The notes under the pieces were generated by a model. That model saw only the letters and a list, made by a program, of their open reading frames with translations. It was not told the DNA's origin and searched no databases. From contig CAWDML010000009.1 of assembly GCA_963803435.1 (NCBI GenBank), positions 480,001 to 544,000 of the forward strand: a stretch of 64,000 nucleotides of DNA. The letters are read 5' to 3'. The stretch comes from an uncultured delta proteobacterium. Its GTDB lineage: Bacteria; Myxococcota; Kuafuiibacteriia; Kuafuiibacteriales; Kuafuiibacteriaceae. A program made the translations under genes and the position numbers. Of this stretch, positions 28,029 to 38,047 are shown piece by piece. Every line of letters starts with the position of its first letter. Within the stretch, counting starts at the first letter, position 1.

Positions 28029-29597
28029 ATGGCTTGCCCGCCTGAGCGTCAAGCTGACCGCCGACGAGCTACGGTCGGGATCGGGCTGGCGATCGGCCTC
28101 GGCGTCTTCTTCCGCTTCTATCACCTCGAGGAGAAGCTCCTCTGGCACGACGAGCTCGCCACCCGCGTGTTTGCGGCGGGCTACACCGTCGAGGAGTGGA
28201 AGAAGGAGCTCTTCACCGGCGAGATCTTCGACGTCTCCGAGGTGCAGAAGTATCAGCACAACAACCCGGACCGGAGCGTCGTGGACGCGATCGTCGAGCT
28301 GGCCGAGAACGATCCCCAGCACCCGCCGCTGTACTACGCGCTCACCCGGATCTGGGAGACCCTCTTCGGCGATGCCATCGGAACGCTCCGGTCGCTCTCG
28401 GTGATCTTTGGGCTCCTCTGCCTGCCCGCGATCTTCTGGCTGGCGATGGAGCTGTTCGAATCGCGGCGCGCGGCCTGGATGAGCGTCGTGTTCCTCAGCC
28501 TCTCTCCGTTCTTCGTCCTCTACGCCCAGGAGGCGCGGGAGTACGCGCTCTGGACGCTGCTCGCGCTGCTCTCGAACGCCTGCCTGCTCCGCGCGATCCG
28601 GCGCACCGAAGAAGGGCCTGGGCGCGCAGTCCTCGAGTGGGGGCTCTACGCGCTGATCACGATCCTCTCGCTGTACACCTCGTTCTCCACCGTCTCGATG
28701 ATGGTGGCGCAGGTCGTCTATCTCTGCCTCCGCGAGCGGCGACCCACGCGCGTGGCCGTCTCCTCGTTCCTGGCCCTGGCCGTCGCGTCGTTCGCCTTCC
28801 TCCCCTGGGTGGTCACGCTGCTCGAGCACTACGAGGCGTTTCAGATCTCGATGAGGTGGTCCCGCGAGATCGTGATCCCGCGGGCCGCGCTGCTGCGGAT
28901 CCTGGGCCACAACACCAGCCGCACCATCGTCGACTTCTTCCCGGAGATCGTCGACGGCGTCGGCTATCTGGTCATGAGCCTGGCGGTGACGCTGGTAGTC
29001 TTCTCGATCGTCTTCCTGGTCCGACGCGCGCGACCCTGGGCGAGCGGTCTGGTGCTGGTGCTCATCTTCGTCCCGATCGGCATGCTCCTGGTGCCCGATC
29101 TCCTGTACGGCGGGATCCGCTCGATCTCGATGCGCTACCTCACGCCCTCCTGGCTCGGCGTGGTCCTCGCGCTCGCGTTCCTCTTCGAGGAGCGATCGTG
29201 GCGCGCGCTCCCCGTGCTGGCCTTCTCGATCGCCAGCTGCGCGGTGAACGCGGAGACGGTGGCGGTCTGGACCAAGGCGACGAGCGTGCTGCTCCCGGAG
29301 GTCGCTGCCACGATCAACAGCGCGCCGGCGCCGCTCCTGGTGGGGAACCTGGAGCGGCACAACCCGGGGAACCTGATGGCGCTGAGCATCCTGTTGAAGC
29401 CGGGCACGAAGATGCAGTTCCTCCCGGTGAAGAAGGAGGAGCACTGGGTGCTCCCGCGGCAATTCGGAAGCGTCTTCCTCTTCAGCCCCATCCCCGACTA
29501 TCGCGAGAACATGGAGGTCCGCGAGCACGTGAGGACCCGCATGCTGCTCGCGGATCACTTCCTCGAGCTCTGGCAGATCGACCTACCGGATCACTGA
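28029..29597 (+). CDS. GT-C (PMT/GT39-like) membrane glycosyltransferase
   Basis: LWHDE, HPPLYY, RSLS and YAQEAREY motifs; many TM helices. Confidence 0.85.
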   Translation: MACPPERQADRRRATVGIGLAIGLGVFFRFYHLEEKLLWHDELATRVFAAGYTVEEWKKELFTGEIFDVSEVQKYQHNNPDRSVVDAIVELAENDPQHPPLYYALTRIWETLFGDAIGTLRSLSVIFGLLCLPAIFWLAMELFESRRAAWMSVVFLSLSPFFVLYAQEAREYALWTLLALLSNACLLRAIRRTEEGPGRAVLEWGLYALITILSLYTSFSTVSMMVAQVVYLCLRERRPTRVAVSSFLALAVASFAFLPWVVTLLEHYEAFQISMRWSREIVIPRAALLRILGHNTSRTIVDFFPEIVDGVGYLVMSLAVTLVVFSIVFLVRRARPWASGLVLVLIFVPIGMLLVPDLLYGGIRSISMRYLTPSWLGVVLALAFLFEERSWRALPVLAFSIASCAVNAETVAVWTKATSVLLPEVAATINSAPAPLLVGNLERHNPGNLMALSILLKPGTKMQFLPVKKEEHWVLPRQFGSVFLFSPIPDYRENMEVREHVRTRMLLADHFLELWQIDLPDH

Positions 29598-32116
29598 ATC
29601 CACTTCGCGCTCTTCCTCCAGTCCCGATCCTCCTCGGAGGCGAACAACGACTGGAGGCGCGAGAGGAGCTGGGGCAGCGGCGCAGGATACCAGCGGGAGA
29701 TCGAGACGGAGCGCAGCTCGGCGGTCGCCGGGACACTCGCTTCGGTGAACGGGCCCGCCAGCTCCTCGCTGCAGCACGGCCAGAGGTTCGCGTGGAGGCG
29801 CATCGGGAGGTGCGGGATCGGCGTGGGGCGTCCCTCGTGGCGGACGTGGACCAGCTTGTCGTCGACGAACCAGCGGATCTCCTCCTTCTCCCACTCGATC
29901 GCGAAGCGGTGGAAGTCGAGGGAGGCGTCGAAGCCGAGGTCGACCAGCACCGGCGTCCCGCGCAGCCCGTAGTTGTACAGGTCTCCCTCTTCACCCGGGT
30001 TGTAGTAGACGTTGACCAGCAGCTTGGTCGGATCGCGACCGAGGATCTCGGCGTCGATCTCCTGCCAGGGATCGAAGCGATAGAGGAAGAACGCCGTGAT
30101 CATCCCGGAGCCCTTCGCGGGCTTCATCTCGATCTCGAACCGACCATACTGGTACTGGGCGTCGGGATCGGTCTTGGTGGCGATGGAGCCGGAGCTGTAG
30201 CCCTTGTCGCCGTTGCCTCCCTTCGCCAGCTCGAGCTTCATCCCCTCGCCGGGCACGGAGATCGCATGGTCCGGGGAGAAGACGGCCAGGTTGCAGAAGA
30301 ACGTGGAGTCGAGCCGATCCCAGAACGCGAGGTCGGGCGTCCCCAGGTCCTCCTTGCGCTCGAGCTTGAACGTCCCGGTCCGTACGGCCTGCTCGGTGCC
30401 CTGGTCGGTGCAGTAGCCCTTGAGCCGCTTGGCCGGCACGATCCAGGGCTCGCCGTCGTGCTCGAGCACCTGGCAGCGACCGCGCGCCACGGGGATGCGG
30501 CTCCCGGGCTCGTACAGCACACCCACGCAGAAGAGGCCCAGCAGGGTGGTGCCGATGATCAGGCGGGAAGGTCTCCTCAACAGCGCCGCGAGCATACTCC
30601 GACCGGACGAGAGGAGGGGACCGAAGCGCCAACTTTCCTCGATGTGGAGCGCGGGGAGCAGGGTCATCGGGTCTGCCGCGCTCAGGAGGGAGGCCGGCGC
30701 CGCACGCGACACCGGCCGCCAGCGCGCGCGCGAGGTCACCCAGTCGGCGATGCCGAGCAACACGCCGCACAGGTCCAGAAAGAACGCGAACGGGTAGGTC
30801 ACCACGACAGCGAGGAACGTCCCCAGGCTCAGCTGGCGGAAGCCGATCAGCCCGATCAGGAGCACGATCAGCGGCGCCGAGAGTCCGACCAGCCCGATCG
30901 CCTGGAGCGCCTCCGGGATCTGCAGCGAGGCCCGCGAGAGATCGCGGACGATGACCGCCTGAAGGAAGTTCATCGAGATCACGACGGCGGGCGCGAGCCA
31001 CCCGAAGACGACGACCACATCGGACACGCGCCAGGCGGCCTCGCTGGTCCGCTGGGTGTACGCGATGCGGGCCGCCAGCGTCAGGCTCAGGAGCCCCGCC
31101 GCGAGCTGGGACGTCGGCGAGAGCGAGCGGACGAAGACCAGCCCGATCGCCAGGTGAAGGATGAAGACGAACGCGGCGACCAGGTAGTGCGCGCCGTGAT
31201 AGACGAACTGGATCCGCTCCTTCATGGAGATCGGCGCGGTGCCCAGCAGCCGCAGGTGTCGGAAGAAGGCGCTGGTGTGACCGTTGGACCAGCGGCGCCG
31301 CCGCGCGAGGAAGCTGTAGAGATCCGGTGAGGTCTCCTCGCACGAGCCGCTGTACGGGTTGTCGATGATGCGCACGCCCTCGAGGAGGATTGTGTAGCTG
31401 AAGTCGACGTCCTCGGTGATGCACTCGCTGAGCGGATGCTCGCGCAGGAGCTCCGTCTCCATCAGCGCAGTCGTCCCCGTGAAGAAGACCGTGAGGCCCT
31501 GGCGCGCGAACGCCAGGTTGAACAGCTCGCATCCGATGTGCTGATGGAGCGAGTCCCAGAGCTGGTAGAACCCGCGCGCCGACAGCGGACCCCGCCGGCC
31601 CTGGATGATCCGCGCGCCTCGCTCGAACAACAGGGCGACCGAGGTCCTCACCCAGTCCCGGTCCGCCTGGTGGTCAGCGTCGAGGATCCCCACGTACTTC
31701 TGGGTCAGTCGCCGCGTCATCCAGTTGATCTTGTCACTCTTGGCGTTGGTCCCGGTGAACGCGAGCACCACGCTCCGCCGCTCCGAGTGCTCCAGCTCGA
31801 TCATCGAGCCGTCGAAGTCGGCGTCGGGATAGATCGAGCGCAGCAGCGGAACCGAGGTGTCCGACCGATCCTTGACCAGGAGATAGATCTCGATCGGACC
31901 TCGGTGGTCCTGGCGGAGGAGGGAGTTGATCGCCCGGAGCGCGCGCTCGGCCTCGTTCTTGGCGGGGATCAGGATCGCGACGGCGTCGTCGGGGGCGCCG
32001 AACGTCCGCCGCTTCACGCGTCCGAAGAGGAAGACCGCGGCGCAGTAGTAGTGCCCGAGCGAATAGGCGCTGAGCAGCGCGGTCAGGATCGCGCAGACTG
32101 CGAGCGTTGCGGTCAT
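29591..32116 (-). CDS. processive GT2 glycosyltransferase fused to a GH16 glucanase domain
   Basis: LDAD, TED and RRRW motifs plus TM helices; C-terminal YGRFEIEMK, WQEIDAE, FHRFAIEW, WFVD, NLW. Confidence 0.85.
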   Translation of the reverse strand: MTATLAVCAILTALLSAYSLGHYYCAAVFLFGRVKRRTFGAPDDAVAILIPAKNEAERALRAINSLLRQDHRGPIEIYLLVKDRSDTSVPLLRSIYPDADFDGSMIELEHSERRSVVLAFTGTNAKSDKINWMTRRLTQKYVGILDADHQADRDWVRTSVALLFERGARIIQGRRGPLSARGFYQLWDSLHQHIGCELFNLAFARQGLTVFFTGTTALMETELLREHPLSECITEDVDFSYTILLEGVRIIDNPYSGSCEETSPDLYSFLARRRRWSNGHTSAFFRHLRLLGTAPISMKERIQFVYHGAHYLVAAFVFILHLAIGLVFVRSLSPTSQLAAGLLSLTLAARIAYTQRTSEAAWRVSDVVVVFGWLAPAVVISMNFLQAVIVRDLSRASLQIPEALQAIGLVGLSAPLIVLLIGLIGFRQLSLGTFLAVVVTYPFAFFLDLCGVLLGIADWVTSRARWRPVSRAAPASLLSAADPMTLLPALHIEESWRFGPLLSSGRSMLAALLRRPSRLIIGTTLLGLFCVGVLYEPGSRIPVARGRCQVLEHDGEPWIVPAKRLKGYCTDQGTEQAVRTGTFKLERKEDLGTPDLAFWDRLDSTFFCNLAVFSPDHAISVPGEGMKLELAKGGNGDKGYSSGSIATKTDPDAQYQYGRFEIEMKPAKGSGMITAFFLYRFDPWQEIDAEILGRDPTKLLVNVYYNPGEEGDLYNYGLRGTPVLVDLGFDASLDFHRFAIEWEKEEIRWFVDDKLVHVRHEGRPTPIPHLPMRLHANLWPCCSEELAGPFTEASVPATAELRSVSISRWYPAPLPQLLSRLQSLFASEEDRDWRKSAKWIQ

Positions 32117-32230
32117 CAGCTGCGGGCCCGCGAGACCTTTAAACGCTGAAAGTCCTCGCGTCCAGCGGCCCGAGCACCGAGATGAAAAAGCCCGAGAGGC
32201 GTTGCTCACGGTCCCCAGTCGCCCGCGCGC

Positions 32231-32869
32231 CTATGATCCAGCGCACCTGCGACCCGCGAGGATCGCGAACGCGCGGAGGTGGGGAAACGCGTCCGTCGAG
32301 TCGAGCATGAATCGCCAGTAGGCGGCGATGAGGCGGTGGGTACCGTCGATCACCACCGGCGGGTCGCTCGCGGCATCCCAGAGCGTGCGGTGCAGGTCGA
32401 AGGGGGCGGCGGGGGCGGCCATCCAGTTCGCGTCGGCGTCGAGGGCCGTCTCGCCGGGAAGGCCGTCGAGCGCCGCATAGAGCGCGCGCGGATGGTCGAG
32501 CGCCTCCCGAGTTCGACCGAAGGTGGTCATGGCCTTCTCGCCGCGCTCGAGCGCGCGGTATTCGACGGCGATCTGGTTCAGCGGGACCTGCGGGAGGCCG
32601 TCCGAGGACCACCTCGACACCGCGGGCTGGAGATCTTCGCGGTCGAGGAGGATCGCGAAGAGCCGGCGCTCTCGGGCGGCCGTCCGGATCCAGGCCGCCT
32701 CCTCGGGCCGGTGCGCCGTGAGGAGCTTGAAGCGATGCTCGTTCTCGGCGGTCGACTCGAAGCTCGGCGTCTCGACGATCGGCCCGGATACCCCGCCGTC
32801 CCGACACCTGTGATCGCGGAGGTGCGCCCAGACCGCGTATCGCTCCGACACCTCGCCGAGCTTCCTCAC
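32231..32869 (-). CDS. hypothetical protein with ParB/Srx-like motif
   Basis: PPVVIDGTHRLIA; start placed at GTG 32869. Confidence 0.5.
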   Translation of the reverse strand: MRKLGEVSERYAVWAHLRDHRCRDGGVSGPIVETPSFESTAENEHRFKLLTAHRPEEAAWIRTAARERRLFAILLDREDLQPAVSRWSSDGLPQVPLNQIAVEYRALERGEKAMTTFGRTREALDHPRALYAALDGLPGETALDADANWMAAPAAPFDLHRTLWDAASDPPVVIDGTHRLIAAYWRFMLDSTDAFPHLRAFAILAGRRCAGS

Positions 32870-33017
32870 CCGCGCGGAGCGTAGGCCCGCCACCGCGAAG
32901 AGGGCAACGCTGCCCCTTGGCCCGTACGTGGGCTGTCCGCGGACTGTCCGGCGGCGCTCTTCCCGCCCGCGCGCCCGTGGGCTCCGGCCTGGAACGCCGC
33001 TTGGATCCGCCGCGGTC

Positions 33018-35123
33018 ATGGCCAAGAAGATGCTGCTTTGCTTCGCGCTCTGCACGCTCGCGTGCGATCCGCCGCCCCCGGCGGGCGACGGTGTGCCCAT
33101 CACGTTCGCGGAGTACGAGGCGCTCCATGCCTCCCGGAGCCCGAGCGGCGTGTGGTACGCGGAGGACGACCTACCCTTCGAGACGGAGGCGGATCTCTAC
33201 GCCTACTACTCGCGTCTGGTCCTGGGGAGGGATCCGGCCGGCGACGCGCTGACCGTCAAGAACAGCGGCCAGGTCGACCACGTGTGGCACGTCGATCAGA
33301 AGCTCGCGCTCTCGTACTGCATCGCCGACATGGGGAGCGCGGCCGACAACGATTGGACGCGGGACGCCCTGGACCAAGCCACGCGGGAGTGGGAGTTCGC
33401 GGCGGACGTCAACTTCATCCATCTCGGCCAGTTCGACGGCGCGGGTTGCGCGCAGGGCCAGAACGGCGTGCTGTTCCGAGTGCGGCGCGGCGTGAACGGC
33501 GTCGACTGCGGGACCAGCGGGGCCGTGATTGCGTGCTCGTTCTTCCCCGGCTTCTCAAACGCGAATCGAGAGCTCAAGCTGATGGACAAGGCGTTCTCGA
33601 AGACCTCGGCGGAGTTCCTGGGAACGACCCGCCACGAGCTCGGTCACATCCTCGGCCTTTGGCACGAGCACGCGCGCTTCGACCAGAGTGGTGCGGAGGA
33701 CTCTTGCAAGACGACGATCGGATTGCCCACGGATTGGCGCGGCGTGACGGTCGGCGATCCGTACTCGGTGATGGGCTACTCCTTCTGCAACGGCATCAAG
33801 AACGGGGGGCTCGACGTCGAGATCTCCCGGCTCGATCAGATCGGCCTCCGCTACCTCTACGACCTCCCGAAGGGCCACGGCCGTCTCAACGGCAACGGCT
33901 TCAGCCAGCCCAACAGCTTCCTGGACAAGGGCGTCGGCGACGACATCCTCTGGTACCAGCCCGGGAGCAGCAGCCTGGTGCTCTGGCAGGCGCCGGCCAC
34001 CAACGCCGCCATCTCGTTCATCGTGCACGACCAGTGCCCGACCCTGGGCGCGGTCGCCGACGTGGGCGGCAACGAGCACGGCTTCAATCTCAACGGCGAC
34101 CCCGACGACGACACCGGGCGCTGTCATCCCGATCGCCTCGGCACCGGCTGGCAGCCGTTCTCCGTCCAGTGGTACCAGAAGAACGACGCCAACCTGAACC
34201 GCGAGGTCGTCCTCTACGGGCCCGGGCCCAATGTCTCCGACGCGTTCCTGATCAACCGCGACAATGGATCGTTCTCGCTCTTCGGGACCCAGATCAGCGG
34301 CTTCTACCACCCGGTGATCGGCGCCTTCAACGGCACCGGCGCCAACTGGGCCCGCACCGAGATCCTCTGGTACGCGCCGGACGCGCCCAGCGATTTTCTC
34401 TACCAGGTCGACGCCAACCTGGACGCGACCGGCTACGCCGTCGTGGAGGACGACTACCTTCGACCCAACCGCTACGAGTACAACACCCTCGTCGGCAGCT
34501 TCGGCCTCGGCGGCAGCTCCGGCGACGAGATCCTCTGGTACGACGGCTGCTACGGCGAGGTCTGGAAGGGCGACGGGGCCCACGGCTTCGAGACCAACAT
34601 CCTCGACATGAATTACCTGCTCGACTGCAGCGCGAGCCGGCGTCTCCCGTTGCTGGGCGATTTCAACGGCGACAACCGCGGAGACATCTTCTGGTACGGA
34701 CCTGGCGAGAGCCTCCACGACGAGCTCTGGCTGCTCCCGGGCAAGCTCTGGGATCTCTCGCAGACCTACGTGGCGACGCAGATCCCTGAGACGGTGGTCG
34801 GCCTGTACAAGCCGCTGGTGGGCGACTTCAACGGCGACTTCCGCTCGGACATCTTCTGGTATCGATCAGGCCCCGACGTCGATCCGATCTGGCTCTTCAA
34901 CGCGGACGGGAGTCACCAATCCCTCAGCGCTCAGGTGATGGGCGACTTCACGCCCATCGTGGGCCGCTTCAACGAGGACAACTGCGACGACATCCTCTGG
35001 CACGATCCGATCTCCAACGTCATCTTCCCCTGGCGCTCGAACTGCGACGGCACCTTCCAGCCGCTCGAGGCCATCCCCACGCCGCCCCACGCCTATCCGG
35101 TGGGATACGGCATCGGAAACTGA
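33018..35123 (+). CDS. metzincin-type protease lipoprotein with FG-GAP/VCBS repeats
   Basis: Lipobox TLAC, HELGHILGLWHEH, SVMGY Met-turn, repeated GDFNGD..DIFWY. Confidence 0.88.
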   Translation: MAKKMLLCFALCTLACDPPPPAGDGVPITFAEYEALHASRSPSGVWYAEDDLPFETEADLYAYYSRLVLGRDPAGDALTVKNSGQVDHVWHVDQKLALSYCIADMGSAADNDWTRDALDQATREWEFAADVNFIHLGQFDGAGCAQGQNGVLFRVRRGVNGVDCGTSGAVIACSFFPGFSNANRELKLMDKAFSKTSAEFLGTTRHELGHILGLWHEHARFDQSGAEDSCKTTIGLPTDWRGVTVGDPYSVMGYSFCNGIKNGGLDVEISRLDQIGLRYLYDLPKGHGRLNGNGFSQPNSFLDKGVGDDILWYQPGSSSLVLWQAPATNAAISFIVHDQCPTLGAVADVGGNEHGFNLNGDPDDDTGRCHPDRLGTGWQPFSVQWYQKNDANLNREVVLYGPGPNVSDAFLINRDNGSFSLFGTQISGFYHPVIGAFNGTGANWARTEILWYAPDAPSDFLYQVDANLDATGYAVVEDDYLRPNRYEYNTLVGSFGLGGSSGDEILWYDGCYGEVWKGDGAHGFETNILDMNYLLDCSASRRLPLLGDFNGDNRGDIFWYGPGESLHDELWLLPGKLWDLSQTYVATQIPETVVGLYKPLVGDFNGDFRSDIFWYRSGPDVDPIWLFNADGSHQSLSAQVMGDFTPIVGRFNEDNCDDILWHDPISNVIFPWRSNCDGTFQPLEAIPTPPHAYPVGYGIGN

Positions 35124-35162
35124 AAGGTTGTAACGGAACGGCGGCTCGGTCATCTGATCGGC

Positions 35163-35856
35163 ATGACCGACCTCGCCCAGCGCCTCGCCGGCATTCCCCG
35201 GGAGGACCCAGCGCCGGACGGCGAGCTGGTCCGCCGTATCCTCGCGGGTGAGCGCCCGCTCTTCGCGGTCCTGATGCGCCGCTACAACCAGCGCGTCTTT
35301 CGGGCCGTGCGCGCCATCGTCGGCTCGGACCACGAGGCGGAGGACGTGGTGCAGCACGCCTGGGTCGCGGCCTACTCGGCGCTGGCGCAGTTCCGCGGCC
35401 AAGCCCAGTTCTCGACCTGGCTGACCCGCATCGCGATCAACGAAGCGTTCGGCCGGATGCGCAGGGACGCGCGCGCGCGGATCGAGCTGGTCGATCCGGG
35501 ACCGACATCCATGGACGAAGAATCTCCCGAGCATGCGACCTATCGACTCGAGATCAAGGAGGTGCTCGAGCGAACGATTCGACGCCCTCCCGGAGAGCCT
35601 CCGCGTCGTATTCATGATGAGGGACGTCGAGGAGCTCAACACCGCAGAGACCGCCACCGTGCTCGGGATCAGCGAAGAGGCGGTCCGCGTGCGCCTCCAC
35701 CGGGCTCGGCACGAGCTCCAGGAGCAGCTGTCTCGGGTCCTCGAGCACGCGCACGAGGCGTTTCGGTTCGACGCCGAACGCTGCGACCGCATCGTCCTCG
35801 CCGTAACGGATCGCCTCCTTCTGACTCCAATGGGAGCAGAAGGAGGCACCGAATGA
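35163..35856 (+). CDS. ECF sigma-70 factor, frameshift near 35580
   Basis: AEDVVQ and FSTWLTRIAINEA (region 2); LPESLRVVF...VRVRLHRAR (region 4) in another frame. Confidence 0.88.
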
Positions 35857-36263
35857 AGCACGCACTCTCGATCCTCGCCACCCTATCCCTCGCCGCTTGC
35901 GGCTCCGCCCAGAAGCCGAGCACCTCGCAGGACATGGTGTCCAAAGGCGCCGCCCTCTTCGCGGATGCGTGCGCGCATTGTCACGGCGACGCCGGGCAGG
36001 GGACCGACAAAGGCCCGCCCGTCGTCGGCGCGGACGCGCTCCCGCTCGCTCCGCGACCAGGGCAAAAGCGGGACGTCCAGTTCCACACCGCCCTCGACGT
36101 CTTTGGATGGGTGAGGGTCAACATGCCCGGCGATGCACCGGGCACGCTCTCGGACGACGACTACCTGGCGATCATGGCCTTCGATCTCTCGGCGAACGGC
36201 GTCGACTTGAAGGACGAGCCGCTCGACGGCCCGACCGCAGCAGAGATCGTCCTCCACCCGTGA
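35853..36263 (+). CDS. c-type cytochrome lipoprotein
   Basis: LAAC lipobox, CAHCHG, NMP axial Met. Confidence 0.88.
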   Translation: MKHALSILATLSLAACGSAQKPSTSQDMVSKGAALFADACAHCHGDAGQGTDKGPPVVGADALPLAPRPGQKRDVQFHTALDVFGWVRVNMPGDAPGTLSDDDYLAIMAFDLSANGVDLKDEPLDGPTAAEIVLHP

Positions 36264-36278
36264 CGGGCCCACTTCGTC

Positions 36279-37895
36279 TCAGCGGACGTACGAGGCCTCG
36301 AGGCTGTTCCCGTAGGCGCCCAGCTCACTGGTTGCGCCGGCGCGGGCCGGGTTGGCGTTCGCTGATCCGGCGGGATCGCCGGCCGCCAGGGTAGGGCTGT
36401 CGGCGGTGTCCTCGACGTAGCCGGTGGGCGTGAAGCGGCCGTGCGTCGACCTCAGGTGGAAGTCGTGGGCATCGGTGTTGGCGAAGAGCGGATCGACGCT
36501 CGAGAGGTTGCCGGCGCCGAAGGTGATGGTGACGCCGCCGCCGGCGTAGGTGCTCTGCACGTCGCAGTAGCTGATGGTGGTGGTGACGTTGGCGCAGCCG
36601 GAGCCGCACGAGGCGTCGAAGTCACGGCCGGGCGCATTGCCCCAGAAGATCGAGTTGGTGAACGCGTAGGTGTCGCTCGCGGTGTTGTTCTTGGAGATCA
36701 GCACGCTTGCCCCGGGCGCGCCGCAGTCCTCGCTCAAGCCACGGTAGCTGGTCAGGTGGTCGAAGGTGGCGATCGTCGGATCGGCGTCGTCGGGGCCGGA
36801 GTCGAGGAAGATGTTGCCGCCGCAGTTGGCCTCGTAGACCTCGTGATCGCTGATGCAGCGCGCTGAGTCGTCGCAGAAGAACCCGCCCCCCGCCGCCGCC
36901 GCGCGGTTGTCGCGGTAGACGTTCCAGCTCAGGTGGGCCGTCGTCTGCTGCCCGCCGCCCGTGAATGCGCCGATGTACAGGCCGGCGCCCCAGGCGGTCA
37001 CGGTGTTGCTCGTGATCTCGTTTCCGGTGAGCGTGAGGTCGTTCGCGAACAGGTACAGGCCACCGCCGTGGCTGATGTCGGGCTGGTTGCCCGCGTTGGA
37101 GTCGACCCGGTTGTTGCTGAGCCACACGGAGTTGCTGTTGGTGCTGTCGTTGATCGCACCGCCGCCGCCGCGCGAGCACGCGTTCCTGGCGATGATGTTG
37201 CCGCTGATGCGGCCGGACACGTTGTTCAGCGAGAATCCGCCGCCGACGGTGTCATCCTGCGCGCAGACGTTGTCGTGGATGTAGTCGTTCGTGATGTCGA
37301 AGCGCTGCGAGTAGTAGATGTCGCGGTAGATGCCTTGCGAATATCCGGTGATCTCGAAGCCGTCGACGGCGGTCAGCTGTCCTTCGGTGGGACCGGGATC
37401 CTCGATTCGAAGAAACGTGTTGGTGCCGTTGCCCTGGGCTCGGGAGACGTAGAGGGAAGAGTCCCGAACCGCGAAGCCCTGACCCGATTGAAAGCCCCCG
37501 GCCAACGTGAAGTAGGTCGTCCCGGGCGCGAGCGCCTCGGCGTAGGTGCCCTCTGCCACGCAGACCACCGCGCCGCTGCTGAGGGAGGCGAGGGCGGCCG
37601 CCAGCATCGGGTAGGGGCGCGCCGCGGTACCGTCAGCCGCTCCGTCGTTCGCGGCGTCGACGTACACGGTGCAGGCGGGGATCGAAGTGGTGCGCGCGAT
37701 CTCGACGGCGCGCGGGACCAAGCCGGGCGGCGTGCCCGTGTCTTGGGTGCCCGCGTCTCGGTCGCCCGCGTCGCCGCTCGAACCGTCGAGGGCGAGAGCG
37801 GCGTCGGAGGGCCCACCTCCGTCCGTGGTACACGCGGGGGCGCCCATCATGCTGAGAGCGAGCGCCGGAATGAGCCTCGGGGAGACGTTGTGCAT
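36279..37895 (-). CDS. secreted right-handed beta-helix (pectin-lyase-like) lipoprotein
   Basis: VAEGTY, Asn-ladder GGG repeats, NSIFWGN, DPLF...DFHL. Confidence 0.75.
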   Translation of the reverse strand: MHNVSPRLIPALALSMMGAPACTTDGGGPSDAALALDGSSGDAGDRDAGTQDTGTPPGLVPRAVEIARTTSIPACTVYVDAANDGAADGTAARPYPMLAAALASLSSGAVVCVAEGTYAEALAPGTTYFTLAGGFQSGQGFAVRDSSLYVSRAQGNGTNTFLRIEDPGPTEGQLTAVDGFEITGYSQGIYRDIYYSQRFDITNDYIHDNVCAQDDTVGGGFSLNNVSGRISGNIIARNACSRGGGGAINDSTNSNSVWLSNNRVDSNAGNQPDISHGGGLYLFANDLTLTGNEITSNTVTAWGAGLYIGAFTGGGQQTTAHLSWNVYRDNRAAAAGGGFFCDDSARCISDHEVYEANCGGNIFLDSGPDDADPTIATFDHLTSYRGLSEDCGAPGASVLISKNNTASDTYAFTNSIFWGNAPGRDFDASCGSGCANVTTTISYCDVQSTYAGGGVTITFGAGNLSSVDPLFANTDAHDFHLRSTHGRFTPTGYVEDTADSPTLAAGDPAGSANANPARAGATSELGAYGNSLEASYVR

Positions 37896-38047
37896 CGGTC
37901 GGTCGAGAATGGCAGATCCACCGGGCTCACGCGTGATCGTTCTCGCAGTGCGGCGCCGCACCCGCCCCGCGCCTCCAGCGTGATCGAACGAGATCGCTGC
38001 CAACGATCGGGTTGCGGGTCTTCAGGGCCCTGGTATAACGCTGCTCC

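Noticed and set aside
28196-31330. 1044-aa plus-strand ORF and similar long ORFs (17252-19861, 40458-43178, 26805-29558)
   Set aside because: Arg/Ala/Gly-rich shadow frames of real genes in high-GC DNA.
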